The position numbers and the translations under genes were made by a program. A model generated the notes under the pieces. The model ran no database searches. It had not been told where the DNA came from and saw only the letters and a list, made by a program, of their open reading frames with translations. Positions 42,937-52,854 of a stretch of DNA of 64,000 bases are shown one piece after another; positions within the stretch are counted from its first letter, which is position 1, and the number at the start of each line of letters is the position of its first letter. Where the stretch lies: the NCBI GenBank assembly GCA_041640595.1, contig JBEPZY010000008.1, positions 130,773-194,772 of the forward strand, read 5' to 3'. Source of the DNA: Gemmatales bacterium (GTDB lineage: Bacteria > Planctomycetota > Planctomycetia > Gemmatales > HRBIN36).

Positions 42937-43866
42937 ATGCGCAGCGAGTCGGAAAAGACGATGGGCTGGGAACGTCTGGCGGCGGAGATACGAGCATTTT
43001 GTGCGTATTTAGCCCAGGAACGCGGACTTTCGCAAAATACCGTACAGGCCTACCGCCGCGATCTGGAACATTTTTGCCGGTGGGTAACGGAGTTTGGCCT
43101 GGCCGACTGGCATACGTTGCCCTTGAGCCGCTGGAGTGAATATTTGCGTTATTTGCGGGAATCGGGGTTAGCCTCGCCGAGCATCGCCCGGAACCTGGTC
43201 GCGGTGAAAATGTTTTTCCGCTTCCTGCATCTGGAAGGTAAAGTCGCCCAGCGCACGGTGGAGCTGTTATCCTCGCCGCGACTGTGGCAGCGCATTCCGT
43301 TCGTGCTGAGTCCGGAGGCGGTGGAGAAACTCCTGACGGCTCCGCAAGCGGACGACCGGATGTTTTTCCGTGACCGGGCCATTCTGGAAATGCTCTACGC
43401 CACCGGTGCACGCGCTTCCGAGGTGGCACGCTTACGACTCGAAGATGTGTTTCTCGATCACGGTTTCTGTCGCTGTCTGGGCAAAGGTAACAAACAGCGG
43501 ATCGTGCCGCTGGGTCGGCAAGCGATCGCGGCCCTGCAAGCGTATTTACAGGAACAACGCCCGATCTTATGCCGAACCCACCCCGACTCGCCGTGGCTTT
43601 TCGTCAGCCGTACCGGCAAACCGCTAAGCCGGGCCTGTGTCTGGCACATCGTCAAAAAATACGCCCGTCGTGCTGGTCTAACCGGTAAAATCAGCCCGCA
43701 CACGCTGCGGCACTCGTTTGCCACGCATCTTCTCGAAGGTGGAGCCGATCTGCGCAGTGTGCAGGAGATGCTTGGCCATGCCAGCTTACGTACCACACAA
43801 ATCTACACTCATGTTGACCGCCAGCGCCTGCGGATGATCCATCAAAAGTTCCATCCTCGCGCCTGA
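42937..43866 (+). CDS. xerD: Site-specific tyrosine recombinase XerD
   Basis: RGLSQNT..AYRRDL, RDRAILEMLYATGAR, GKGNKQR, HTLRHSFATHLL, LGH..TTQIYTHV and FHPRA. Confidence 0.88.
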   Translation: MRSESEKTMGWERLAAEIRAFCAYLAQERGLSQNTVQAYRRDLEHFCRWVTEFGLADWHTLPLSRWSEYLRYLRESGLASPSIARNLVAVKMFFRFLHLEGKVAQRTVELLSSPRLWQRIPFVLSPEAVEKLLTAPQADDRMFFRDRAILEMLYATGARASEVARLRLEDVFLDHGFCRCLGKGNKQRIVPLGRQAIAALQAYLQEQRPILCRTHPDSPWLFVSRTGKPLSRACVWHIVKKYARRAGLTGKISPHTLRHSFATHLLEGGADLRSVQEMLGHASLRTTQIYTHVDRQRLRMIHQKFHPRA

Positions 43867-43894
43867 CCGACTTTCCCATTCAAATCCTTTTCGA

Positions 43895-44050
43895 GCAACC
43901 GACCACCAGCCACTGGCCACCGACCACTCCATAATCTACCAGCAACCGGCCACCAGCCACTGGCCACTCCATAATCCTCGAGCAACTGGCCACTAGCCAC
44001 TGACCACTGACCACTGTAAGTCGGGCCACTGATCACCGGCCACCCGTCAC
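43895..44050. repeat. Heptamer (CCACTGG/CCACTGA/CCACCGG) tandem array A
   Basis: Runs such as GGCCACTAGCCACTGACCACTGACCACTG; repeated CCACTCCATAATC unit. Confidence 0.9.
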
Positions 44051-44067
44051 TAACTGCTGAACGCTGC

Positions 44068-44523
44068 TCAGGCGCTCTGGCGATAGCGTTCGACTTCGTT
44101 GAAGTAACTCAGCGCTCGTTCCAGGGGGCGCTGTTCCTGGCGGCTGTTCAATAACGCTTTGATCCTGAGCACCAGTTCCGCTTTGTGAATCGGCTTGGTC
44201 AGGAAATCATCGGTGCCTGCTTCGACGGCCCGTTCCACATCGCTGGGCTGATCCAACGCGGTGATCATGATAATCGGGATGTTCTGGGTCTTCGGATTAT
44301 GCCGCAATCGCTTGCACACTTCAAAGCCGCTGACCCGCGGCATCATAATGTCGAGCAAAAGCAAGTCCGGCTGCCACGATTCAACCAGCCGCAGAGTTTC
44401 TTCCCCATCCGTGGCGATGCGGATGTCGCAATCAAAATCCGCTAAATACGCCTCGAGCAACTCCGCCCCCTGCGGATTGTCCTCAGCAATGAGAATTTTC
44501 GTTCGCTCTGAGCCTTGGGTCAT
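44068..44523 (-). CDS. Single-domain response regulator
   Basis: ILIAEDN, LLLDIMMP, ITA and KP. Confidence 0.92.
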   Translation of the reverse strand: MTQGSERTKILIAEDNPQGAELLEAYLADFDCDIRIATDGEETLRLVESWQPDLLLLDIMMPRVSGFEVCKRLRHNPKTQNIPIIMITALDQPSDVERAVEAGTDDFLTKPIHKAELVLRIKALLNSRQEQRPLERALSYFNEVERYRQSA

Positions 44524-44786
44524 GGGTCATCTCACTGTTTTGGATCTCGTCATGTTGCAGGATGTTCCTCAGCACAAACGCATGTATTTCTGGACTTCTA
44601 TTTTGCTGTCGTGGAATTCGCCGTGCCGGCACAGGCATACTCTTGTAACCCGCACCGTGCCAACCGATTATAGCCCAAACTATAGCTTTGTGAATGCGAA
44701 CCGCATTTCACTTCCACAGTTTTTAGCAAAGCGGGCTACGTCATAGCACCTCGCCAGTAAATGGTATATGGAAGGTTCTAACTTTC

Positions 44787-45090
44787 CTGAGTTATCCCCA
44801 GTTTTGACGGGAGCTCCACTGGACGTAAGGCATCGGGACAATAACGGTTACGTCGGATGGCCTGTTTTTCCGGGAGCACTTGGAACACGCAAGGCCTGCC
44901 TGTGCTTCCTTAGGTTTTGGCAAAGGGCCGCCGACCGCTAAGCACGCAGTTGGCTGGAGTCGGCTTGGCTGCACGCTGCAATGATGTGAGCGTCCGGTGC
45001 GTGAGGCCGGAAAAATAGGAGTTTTCGTAAGCTCTTGTCTGGGCGTGTGTTGCGAAATCCCTGCCCTTACCAAAACTGGGGATGGGTCAG
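44787..45090. mobile_element. 304-bp non-autonomous IS4-family (IS10-like) element (MITE)
   Basis: Terminal IRs CTGAGTTATCCCCAGTTTTG / CTGACCCATCCCCAGTTTTG (17/20); flanking 9-bp direct repeat CTAACTTTC (44778-44786) / CTAATTTTC (45091-45099); no transposase. Confidence 0.78.
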
Positions 45091-45634
45091 CTAATTTTCG
45101 GCCCGAAGCGTTGGCAGTCCGCATCATTTCGGAATGCGGCCAGCAGAACTGCGGTCAATCGTCTGGCTTGGCGGTCAGCAGTTTTTTGCCAGCCCCAAAG
45201 AAACAAAAAGGCCGTTCTTCCACACTCCAGTTGCCTCCGAAGAACAGACCATCGGAAGTAACCCCCAGCAGCGCACGGCCTCGCGTCTAGCCGTGTCCCT
45301 GTCAGAACTGGAAATGAGCAGTCTTGAGCCTGTTTTGCAGTGGTGATGGAGGCGGTTCGTGGGGCCGAATTCCGAACAGGCCACACTGCGTGGTTACGCT
45401 CGCCCTGTAAATAAACGCTTTGGGTCTAAGTATCTGCCGCAAAGGAGGACACTGCGCAAGGCGGGAGATGCGCCCTCAAGGTAAATAAACGCTTATCTGC
45501 CGCAAAGGGGAGTGCGAAAGAAACCGCTGCGGCAGGGGGAGAATGCGGGAGGAAGCGCTTGGCGTCACGGAGGCAGTTTAGCGCATGTGTTCCGAGCGGC
45601 GTCGGCAGGAGTTCGAAAACTCAATATGCCGGGT

Positions 45635-46471
45635 TCACGAACCGCGATGCGGTTTTGGTTGTTCTTCAACTAGCCGGAGCAAGCGTGGGCGAAGCTGAAC
45701 CAGAGCTTGGCCGTGGAGGTCGGGATTGGCGGCAATCAAACCGACAATGGGTTGGGATGGGTCGTGGTAGTGGATGGGGCGTCCCAGACCATCCGTCACG
45801 ACACCGCCTGCTTCGAGGATGAGCACGTGGCCAGCGCACACGTCCCAGGCGTGAAAACCACGAAACAAACTGGCGTACACATCGGCCTGGCCTCGTGCCA
45901 CCATGGCCAGCTTGCGGCCTGCTGAGTAGGTGTAAATCTCGCGTGGAGTCGGCAGGAGCGGATGCGGGCCCGATTTTTGTTCCGCCCGACTGCGTACCAG
46001 CGTGGCCTGGGATAGCTGCGTTTGTTGGGAGACGTGGCAGCGTACCGGCATCTGGTCTGGCTGTTCGACCCAGCAACCCTGTCCACGCACTGCCCAGGTC
46101 AAACGATTTTCCACCGGCTCCAGTACCAGTCCGAGTCGGGCTTCGCCCTGTTCCACCAGGCCGATCATGATGGCAAATTCACCATTTTTCATCACAAACC
46201 CGCGGGTTCCATCAATGGGGTCCACGATCCAGAGCCTGTCCGCGCGATGCCGAAACTGCTCGGTGAAGTCCGTGCGTTCCTCGCCGAGAAAAGCATCGTC
46301 GGGGAAGTGCTCGGCCAGTATCCGAAAGATGACTTCCTGGGCCCGGCGATCGGCGTCGGTAGTAACGTTGGCCGGTGCAAACTCGGCCGGCGTCAGACGT
46401 GCGTAATAGTCCAGCACCAGTTGAGCGGCCGCAGTTGCGGCTGCCCGGGCCGCTTCCAGTTCCTTCGTCAT
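45635..46471 (-). CDS. cysQ: 3'(2'),5'-bisphosphate nucleotidase / inositol monophosphatase family
   Basis: VTTDAD, LGEE, WIVDPIDGTRGF and WDVCAG. Confidence 0.8.
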   Translation of the reverse strand: MTKELEAARAAATAAAQLVLDYYARLTPAEFAPANVTTDADRRAQEVIFRILAEHFPDDAFLGEERTDFTEQFRHRADRLWIVDPIDGTRGFVMKNGEFAIMIGLVEQGEARLGLVLEPVENRLTWAVRGQGCWVEQPDQMPVRCHVSQQTQLSQATLVRSRAEQKSGPHPLLPTPREIYTYSAGRKLAMVARGQADVYASLFRGFHAWDVCAGHVLILEAGGVVTDGLGRPIHYHDPSQPIVGLIAANPDLHGQALVQLRPRLLRLVEEQPKPHRGS

Positions 46472-46474
46472 AGA

Positions 46475-46662
46475 GTGGCCAGTGGTCAGTGGTCAGTGGC
46501 CGGTTACTCGGGAATCATAGTGGCAAGTGGCTGGTGGTCAGTGGCCAGTTACTCGGGAATCATAGTGGCCAGTGGCCGGATATTACAGTGGCAAGTGGTT
46601 AGTGGTCAGTGGCCGGTTACTCGGGAATCATAGTGGCCGGTGGTGAGTGACTAGTGGCCAGT
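46475..46662. repeat. Heptamer array B with three GTTACTCGGGAATCATAGTGGC units
   Basis: GTGGCCAGTGGTCAGTGGTCAGTGGCC runs abutting the cysQ start codon. Confidence 0.9.
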
Positions 46663-46731
46663 TGCTCGATAATCGCAGCCTCATTTATTGGGCGGTTGCT
46701 GGAGGGCATGGGTGGCTCGTCGGCTGGCATT

Positions 46732-48753
46732 TTAGCCCAAAGTTACCGGAGGCACCTCTGCCTCAGCCAGCAGATGGAACTCCACATAGCACACCTGTCG
46801 GTAGAGTTCGTGGCTATGGAGCAATTCGCGGTGGGTGCCTGCTCCTTCCAGTCGCCCCTGATGGAAAAAGAGCACCAGATTCGACGAACGCAGCGTCGTG
46901 AAACGATGCGGGAGGAAAAAGACCGTGCGTCCTGGCAGAAAACGGGCATAGGTGTCCTCGAGTAGCGACTTCTCTTCGTCGCTGAGGTGAATAGCCGGCT
47001 CCTCGATAAAGACGATGGCCGGTTCGCGGACAATCGCGCGGGCCAGGGCGATGCAGAATTGCTGGAACGGCGTCAACGGATGACCGAGCCCGCCGATGCG
47101 GGTGTCGTATCCTTGAGGGAGTTCTTGAATGAACTGATGAGCATGGGCAATTTTCGCGGCTTCGATGACTCGAGGTAATTTGTAGGCAGGGTCGCCACAC
47201 GAAATGTTATTGGCTACGGTATCATTGAAGACCAGACTTTGCTGCAACACCAGCGCCACCTGGGCACGCACGCTCTCCAGGGTAAAGCGACGAATATTGT
47301 GCCCGTCAATGCGGATGGTTCCTTCGTCGGGATCGTCGAAGCGTGCCAGCAGATTGGCAATCGCATAGAGGGTGGACCGGTCGGTACTGACCAGGGCCAC
47401 GCGTTGTCCTGCCGAGACTTTGAAACTGACGCGATCCAGCAAGCGGCGTTCCTCACCAGGGGCTCGCAGTGTAACCTCCTCAAATTCCAACTCCTGCCGC
47501 ATCGGTTCCAGGAAGCGGGCCGAGACCGATTCCGTTACCTCTCCTGGTCGGTCGAGATAAGCGAAAAGCTTGGTCGCAGACTCCCTGGCCAGGCGAAATT
47601 GCTGCCGTTGCCTCAACATCCGCGATACCGGGAAATACATACTGCCCAGGGTCAGGATGAGGGTGAGAATGCTGGCCAGGCCAGCCTGATTCTGTAGGAT
47701 GTTCCATCCGGCAACGAACAACAAAACCACCAGCGCCACCAGAGCCAGAAAGACCAGCACCTGCCGGTAAACCACCTCCCCAACCATCCGCCGCTGCAGG
47801 GAACGCTGATAGTCGGCCAGTTGCCTTTCGAGTCGGGCCTGGGCGAACGATTCCATCAGGTATCCCTTGACCAGGCGCATCATCTGCAAACTTTCCTGCA
47901 GGAGCGAGAGTTGCTCTGCCGCTTGCTGATTCCAGAGTTGCTCACGCTGTCGGAACCAGACGAGCAGCTGGCCACTGATGGCCCACACCAGACCGGCAAA
48001 ACATGCGAAAGCCAGAGTCAACCACGGAAAGCCCCCAGTCGCTCCAATTTCCACCAGGGGAGCAAACACGACCAGCAAGCCTAACCGCACCGGTTCTCGA
48101 TAGCGGGAAGTCAGCCACAGGTACAGCCCTTCCTGTACTGCTTCGACATGGCGGGTAAACATACTGACCGCTTCGGTCAGCCCCTGGCGCTTCAAAAGCA
48201 GGCTGCCCAGTCGGTAGGTTTGCAAATAAACGGCCCGACGCAGCCGCGTGCTCGCTTCGAGGGTAGCCTGCGCTGCCGACCAGTGTACCAGCGTTTGCAG
48301 AGCGCAGCGGGCCAGCGCGATCAACAGGCCGAACAGTAACAGTCCCAGCGTCAGCGAGTAATTGTCGTGGGTCCAGGGCCACCAGCGGATGATCGCTTCC
48401 AGAAACGGACGCCAGATACTGTTGCGTTGTCTTGCTGCCCAGGCCAGCGCTACCAGTCCGACCCCTTGCCGCTGCTCGGTACGTTGCAACAACGCCTCGC
48501 GGTCCTCCGGGTCCAGCACCGTCTCAAGCCATTGCCGCTGTTCCGACCCATTCTGGAGAAAGGCCTGGCGATCCTCCTCGTCGAGCTGACCGCGACTGAC
48601 CAGCACTGCCGTGAAAAGCCCCGCCAGCCCCAGCAGGACAATAATGAGAAACGCCAGCAGCACCGAACCGACTAATGCCGTCCAGGCATGCACCCGCCGA
48701 TATTGCAGGAAGCGCAGCGCTCGTGCAAAACCTTCGTGTTCGTTGCCGTTCAC
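46732..48753 (-). CDS. ABC exporter (TMD-NBD fusion) with degenerate NBD motifs
   Basis: Multi-TM domain plus NBD fold (RIDG, VLQQ, AKIAHAHQFI..LPQGYDT, ALARA, HR); Walker A and signature motifs lost. Confidence 0.85.
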   Translation of the reverse strand: MNGNEHEGFARALRFLQYRRVHAWTALVGSVLLAFLIIVLLGLAGLFTAVLVSRGQLDEEDRQAFLQNGSEQRQWLETVLDPEDREALLQRTEQRQGVGLVALAWAARQRNSIWRPFLEAIIRWWPWTHDNYSLTLGLLLFGLLIALARCALQTLVHWSAAQATLEASTRLRRAVYLQTYRLGSLLLKRQGLTEAVSMFTRHVEAVQEGLYLWLTSRYREPVRLGLLVVFAPLVEIGATGGFPWLTLAFACFAGLVWAISGQLLVWFRQREQLWNQQAAEQLSLLQESLQMMRLVKGYLMESFAQARLERQLADYQRSLQRRMVGEVVYRQVLVFLALVALVVLLFVAGWNILQNQAGLASILTLILTLGSMYFPVSRMLRQRQQFRLARESATKLFAYLDRPGEVTESVSARFLEPMRQELEFEEVTLRAPGEERRLLDRVSFKVSAGQRVALVSTDRSTLYAIANLLARFDDPDEGTIRIDGHNIRRFTLESVRAQVALVLQQSLVFNDTVANNISCGDPAYKLPRVIEAAKIAHAHQFIQELPQGYDTRIGGLGHPLTPFQQFCIALARAIVREPAIVFIEEPAIHLSDEEKSLLEDTYARFLPGRTVFFLPHRFTTLRSSNLVLFFHQGRLEGAGTHRELLHSHELYRQVCYVEFHLLAEAEVPPVTLG

Positions 48754-48832
48754 GGACAGTTCTCCAGCCAGCCCAGCACCGTTTATGCCAAGATGACCTC
48801 ATGCAGACGGAAAGCAGCACCGCCCGGCAGTC

Positions 48833-49810
48833 TCAGGCAACGTCGCGGTCCTCGAAAAGGATCAGTCCAAAGAGCAAAGCGATGGCCGTGTACACCGCCG
48901 CATGCGCCGCGACATGCAGCACATAGTCGCCCCACGGGACCTCGATGCCGCTGACCACCGCATCGGTCATGTCGAAATAGTTGAAGCCGGGCAACACCGT
49001 AGAAAACACCTGGGCCATCACGTGCACCAGCGGATTGCCGCCACGCTGCGGATCCGACTGGTACACCAGGATGTGGGAAAGCCTGCCCAAAATGAACACC
49101 GTCAAGCAAATCACCAGATTGACCACCACCGGCAAGCGTGTAGCCAGGGCCACCGCCAAACCGGTCAAAATCATCACCTGAAACAAGTTACACACCACGC
49201 CGGGCGCCAAAAGAGCCATTTCGTGTCCGATATAGACCAGATAGCGCAATCCGCCCAAAATCACTTCGGGCAAGAATCCCAGTGCGGTTTCCAGTTGCTG
49301 AATCTCAGCCAGTTGCGGACGCGGTTCTTCCTGGTCAATTTCGTTGCGGTAGTAAACAGTCATGGCCATGACCACACTCAGCAACACCGCCAGCAGCACA
49401 GCGGCAAGGAAAAACCCGACGAATTTGCCCAGCAGAAACGCCCGCCGCGACATCGGTTTGCTCAACACGGTCACCGCCGTTCGACCTTCGATCTCCTCCG
49501 AAATGGTTACGCCCGCGGTGAACACGGTCAGGATCAACGTCGCCAGTAAAATGGCACTGAGGTTGATGCCTTTCATCATCTTGATTTCTTCCTGGAAAGT
49601 GAAGTACGGCAGGTACACGCTCAGCAGCATAAACACGGTCGCCAACGCCAGCAGCAACCAGAACAACGGCTGGCGTACCGATTCTCGATACGCCGCCTGC
49701 GCGACGGCCAACCATTTTCCCGGCAGCGTAAGAGACGGAAACAGACTCAGCCCAATCAGCAGCAGCACCGTTACCAGTAAAGTCGTCCAGATCATCACAG
49801 CCTCCGACAC
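48833..49810 (-). CDS. ABC-2 type permease
   Basis: ISEEIEGRTAVTVLSKPMSRRAFLLGKF; C-terminal FEDRD. Confidence 0.85.
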   Translation of the reverse strand: MSEAVMIWTTLLVTVLLLIGLSLFPSLTLPGKWLAVAQAAYRESVRQPLFWLLLALATVFMLLSVYLPYFTFQEEIKMMKGINLSAILLATLILTVFTAGVTISEEIEGRTAVTVLSKPMSRRAFLLGKFVGFFLAAVLLAVLLSVVMAMTVYYRNEIDQEEPRPQLAEIQQLETALGFLPEVILGGLRYLVYIGHEMALLAPGVVCNLFQVMILTGLAVALATRLPVVVNLVICLTVFILGRLSHILVYQSDPQRGGNPLVHVMAQVFSTVLPGFNYFDMTDAVVSGIEVPWGDYVLHVAAHAAVYTAIALLFGLILFEDRDVA

Positions 49811-49846
49811 AGCCAGACTGTTAGCGCTCCTCGCCGCCAGACCCCC

Positions 49847-50140
49847 CTAGTACGCGATGCGAAAATGAGTAAGCCCTTCCGGTGTTTCGTCACGCTGTTC
49901 CTGGTGGGTAATGTACCCGGCCATGCTGCGGGCCACATCGCTCAAAAAGGCTTCCACTTCCGCCGGTTCACCTTCCGCCACAAGTTCGACACGACCATCA
50001 CGCAAGTTGCGAACAAATCCGCCCACACGGTAACGCTGGGCCAAACGCTGTGCGGTGTAGCGAAAACCCACACCCTGCACGTGGCCGGAGTACCAGACAT
50101 GCTTTCGCACCGTAGCAGTTTGCCGTTGCACCTCGGCCAT
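49847..50140 (-). CDS. acyP: Acylphosphatase
   Basis: GHVQGVGFR and GFVRNLRDGRVE. Confidence 0.95.
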   Translation of the reverse strand: MAEVQRQTATVRKHVWYSGHVQGVGFRYTAQRLAQRYRVGGFVRNLRDGRVELVAEGEPAEVEAFLSDVARSMAGYITHQEQRDETPEGLTHFRIAY

Positions 50141-50265
50141 ATCTTGCCTGCACCCTGGCTATCTCTCAAGCCGCACACTTGCAATCTGTGCTTATTTCTT
50201 CCGTGGACTCCACGGCTGCACCCGGGCTACCTCTCAAGCATACGCCCGCAGCTCCCCTTCCCTGT

Positions 50266-50466
50266 CTACTGGCCGCTGCACACGGGCCACTGATAAGCGC
50301 CCACCGATTCCCGGCCATTAATCGCTGACCACTAGTCCCTGGCCACTGGCCGCTGATCACCGTCCACCGGTCACCGACCACCGCCTGTCAGCCAGCGATC
50401 ACCTTTCACCGATTCCCGGCCACTGTTCACTGACCACTGGCCACTAGCCACTGATCACTGGCCACT
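50266..50466. repeat. Heptamer array C
   Basis: CACTGACCACTGGCCACTAGCCACTGATCACTGGCCACTG at the right end, degenerate units leftward. Confidence 0.85.
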
Positions 50467-50793
50467 GCATGATTGGCGGTGTTGCCCGCCGTGCTGTGCC
50501 AGGCTTGTCGCCGTTCCGCTCAGAGGATTCCCCATTGATTGATTATATGACACCCGCACATTGGCTCGCTACAATGGCTTCAGGGGAATGGTATTTCATC
50601 GCGGTTAGCCAAAGCATCACGCACCAGGCTGACCGACTGCCTGAGCAATTGCGGGTCAGCAAGATGCGCTAATGGTCGCTGAGGCGAACGTCGGCCCACA
50701 GCGGAAGTGGCATCTCTCAACCAACGTGGCTGCGGGAGGAGTCGCGTAACGCTGTGGGTGTCAAAAACGGATAGAGTTGCCGGAGGGGGAGCG

Positions 50794-52854
50794 ATGATGG
50801 GGCGAAGTGCGGGCGAGAATACGGTAAACGAAACGGCGGGCACCGGGCCAACCGTGTCCGATCCCGGCGATGGCAGTGCGATGGTCGGAAATGCGTCAGG
50901 AGCAAACCCGCAGGTATCGCCTCCAGTAAATGTGCCACCGGCAAACGCAGACGGTTCGCCGTGTTCCGATGCAAGCACGGCAACTCTCAGCAGCGCTGCA
51001 GATGCGAGGCAATCCGCTACCGACTCGACCGGAAGTTCCGATGCAAGCACAACCGCTCCTGGCAACGCCGCTGCTGGACCGGAAGCGTGGGTTTCGCCGG
51101 CACGCTCGGGTTCGGGGTGGGGCGAATCGTCTTCGTCGGCAGGTGGGCACAGTGGTGCCGAGTCCGCAACGTGGGGCCATTCAACCGGCGGCGAGTCACG
51201 TCCGCAATCACCGATGCACGCTGTGGCGCGAACGCTCGCGTCGGCGACCGGGGTGTCTGCAACTTTCGGAATCGGCCAGACGAACGCCCTTGCCGTGAGT
51301 CCCGGCGTCGGTTCCAGTCAGGCCAATGTCGGCTCGGCTGCTGTGCAAGCGTGGAGGCGCTGGCGGTGGTTTGTTGTGCTGGGCATTATCGGGCTGACGA
51401 TTGCGGTGCCCGCGTTCCCATTGGTTTGGGTAGTGATGATGGGGAAGGCGGAACTGGCCCGCGCCATTGCCGAAACCGACGCCCTCGATCCCAACTGGCG
51501 CTGGGAAGATATTCGGGCTGCTTATTCTCAAATTCCGCGGGACCCAAACGGCTGGCCTTTGATTGAAGAAATCTACCGGCGCTTTGACCAAAAGTTTGTA
51601 ACTCACTTGGGACACCTCATCAACGGCCACAGATCAGAGATTCGAGTGGTTCGCGGTTTATCTCCAATCTTTTTCGATATTTTCCCGCCAAGGGATGAGC
51701 CGCTCACCGAGCAGTGGCACGGCCAGCTGAAGTCATATCTCGAAGCGGACCTTGGAATCTGGGACTTGCTACGCCAGCTACCTCGATATGAGCACATAAG
51801 CCCTCCCCTCGTTGACACTCCTACAGACCGCTGGTGGCTTGAATTCGAAAAATTTCTCGCCGCTGCGAATGCTGTCGCGTTTTTCCATGAGTATTTCCTG
51901 CACGAGCGAAAATCGGACCTTGCCGAGGAGTGCCTGCTTATTTTGACCCATTCTGCGAATACCAGCGAAAGAGCAATTCATGACGCACACGGCCCGTGCA
52001 CCGTCGGCGATAATCCTTGGCTGGTTATGTTTGACTGGCGCAATGCTTTTGTCGCTCGGATAAGGCGCCATCTAGCGCTGACCGAGGTTTCTGCCGAGAC
52101 ATTGGAGAAGTGCCAGCGGCACACGGAGAGGTTGCTGGCCCAGAACGCACTGACACCTCTGGTTCGCTTCCATCGTGCAGCCTTGCACGAAATTTACAGC
52201 TCGGTGAAAGCTGGCAAAATGGACTGGTTTAAGCAGATGCCGGAATCCAACCCTCTCCGGTGTGTTCCAGATCCCCTGGACTTTAGCATCTGGGAAGTGT
52301 CAAAATATCACCTCCGCCGGGGAGTGAAAGTTTTCCTGGACAAAGTGGAACGCAGCACAGCGCCCCTGTTTGCCGACCGCCATCATGCCGAACTCCTGAG
52401 GCAATTGAACCAGCTGCATCGCTTGGCGATTGCATCTCCGGAAGAACAACTGGCCGTATTCAAGTCAGACAGTTTGGCGCCATGTGGGACTGAGCAATGG
52501 TGGGCCGGATATTTCCTGCCCCAACCGCCCCGGAGTGACGAGTTAAAGGACTTATTGTGGTGGCGAGCGGAGTTGCAGACGTTGCGAGTGGCGATAGCGG
52601 CGGAGCGGTATCGGTTGAAGTATGGCCAGTGGCCGGACAAGCTGGAAACCCTGGTGCCGGAATTTCTCGCCGAAGTTCCGGGCGATCCGTTCGACTTGCC
52701 CAATCCGCTCCGGCTGGTGCGTACTGTGGACGGTTTGGTCGTTTACTCCATCGGTCTGAATCTACGAGACGATGGTGGGGATGTATTACTTGATATCGTG
52801 GTGCGGCTTTCCGACCCTTCGCGGCGTGGTCTGACCAGTATGACCCCACCGTAA
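50794..52854 (+). CDS. Hypothetical membrane-anchored protein (Ser/Ala/Gly-rich N-terminus, TM helix, GspG-like C-terminal motif)
   Basis: AAERYRLKYGQWPDKL..LVPEFL..VP.DPF...VYSIG...DDGG; GGAGG RBS before ATG 50794. Confidence 0.75.
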   Translation: MMGRSAGENTVNETAGTGPTVSDPGDGSAMVGNASGANPQVSPPVNVPPANADGSPCSDASTATLSSAADARQSATDSTGSSDASTTAPGNAAAGPEAWVSPARSGSGWGESSSSAGGHSGAESATWGHSTGGESRPQSPMHAVARTLASATGVSATFGIGQTNALAVSPGVGSSQANVGSAAVQAWRRWRWFVVLGIIGLTIAVPAFPLVWVVMMGKAELARAIAETDALDPNWRWEDIRAAYSQIPRDPNGWPLIEEIYRRFDQKFVTHLGHLINGHRSEIRVVRGLSPIFFDIFPPRDEPLTEQWHGQLKSYLEADLGIWDLLRQLPRYEHISPPLVDTPTDRWWLEFEKFLAAANAVAFFHEYFLHERKSDLAEECLLILTHSANTSERAIHDAHGPCTVGDNPWLVMFDWRNAFVARIRRHLALTEVSAETLEKCQRHTERLLAQNALTPLVRFHRAALHEIYSSVKAGKMDWFKQMPESNPLRCVPDPLDFSIWEVSKYHLRRGVKVFLDKVERSTAPLFADRHHAELLRQLNQLHRLAIASPEEQLAVFKSDSLAPCGTEQWWAGYFLPQPPRSDELKDLLWWRAELQTLRVAIAAERYRLKYGQWPDKLETLVPEFLAEVPGDPFDLPNPLRLVRTVDGLVVYSIGLNLRDDGGDVLLDIVVRLSDPSRRGLTSMTPP

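Noticed and set aside
42937..43866. Tyrosine recombinase as a prophage or island integrase
   Set aside because: Sequence has housekeeping XerD hallmarks; no phage genes, tRNA or att sites nearby.
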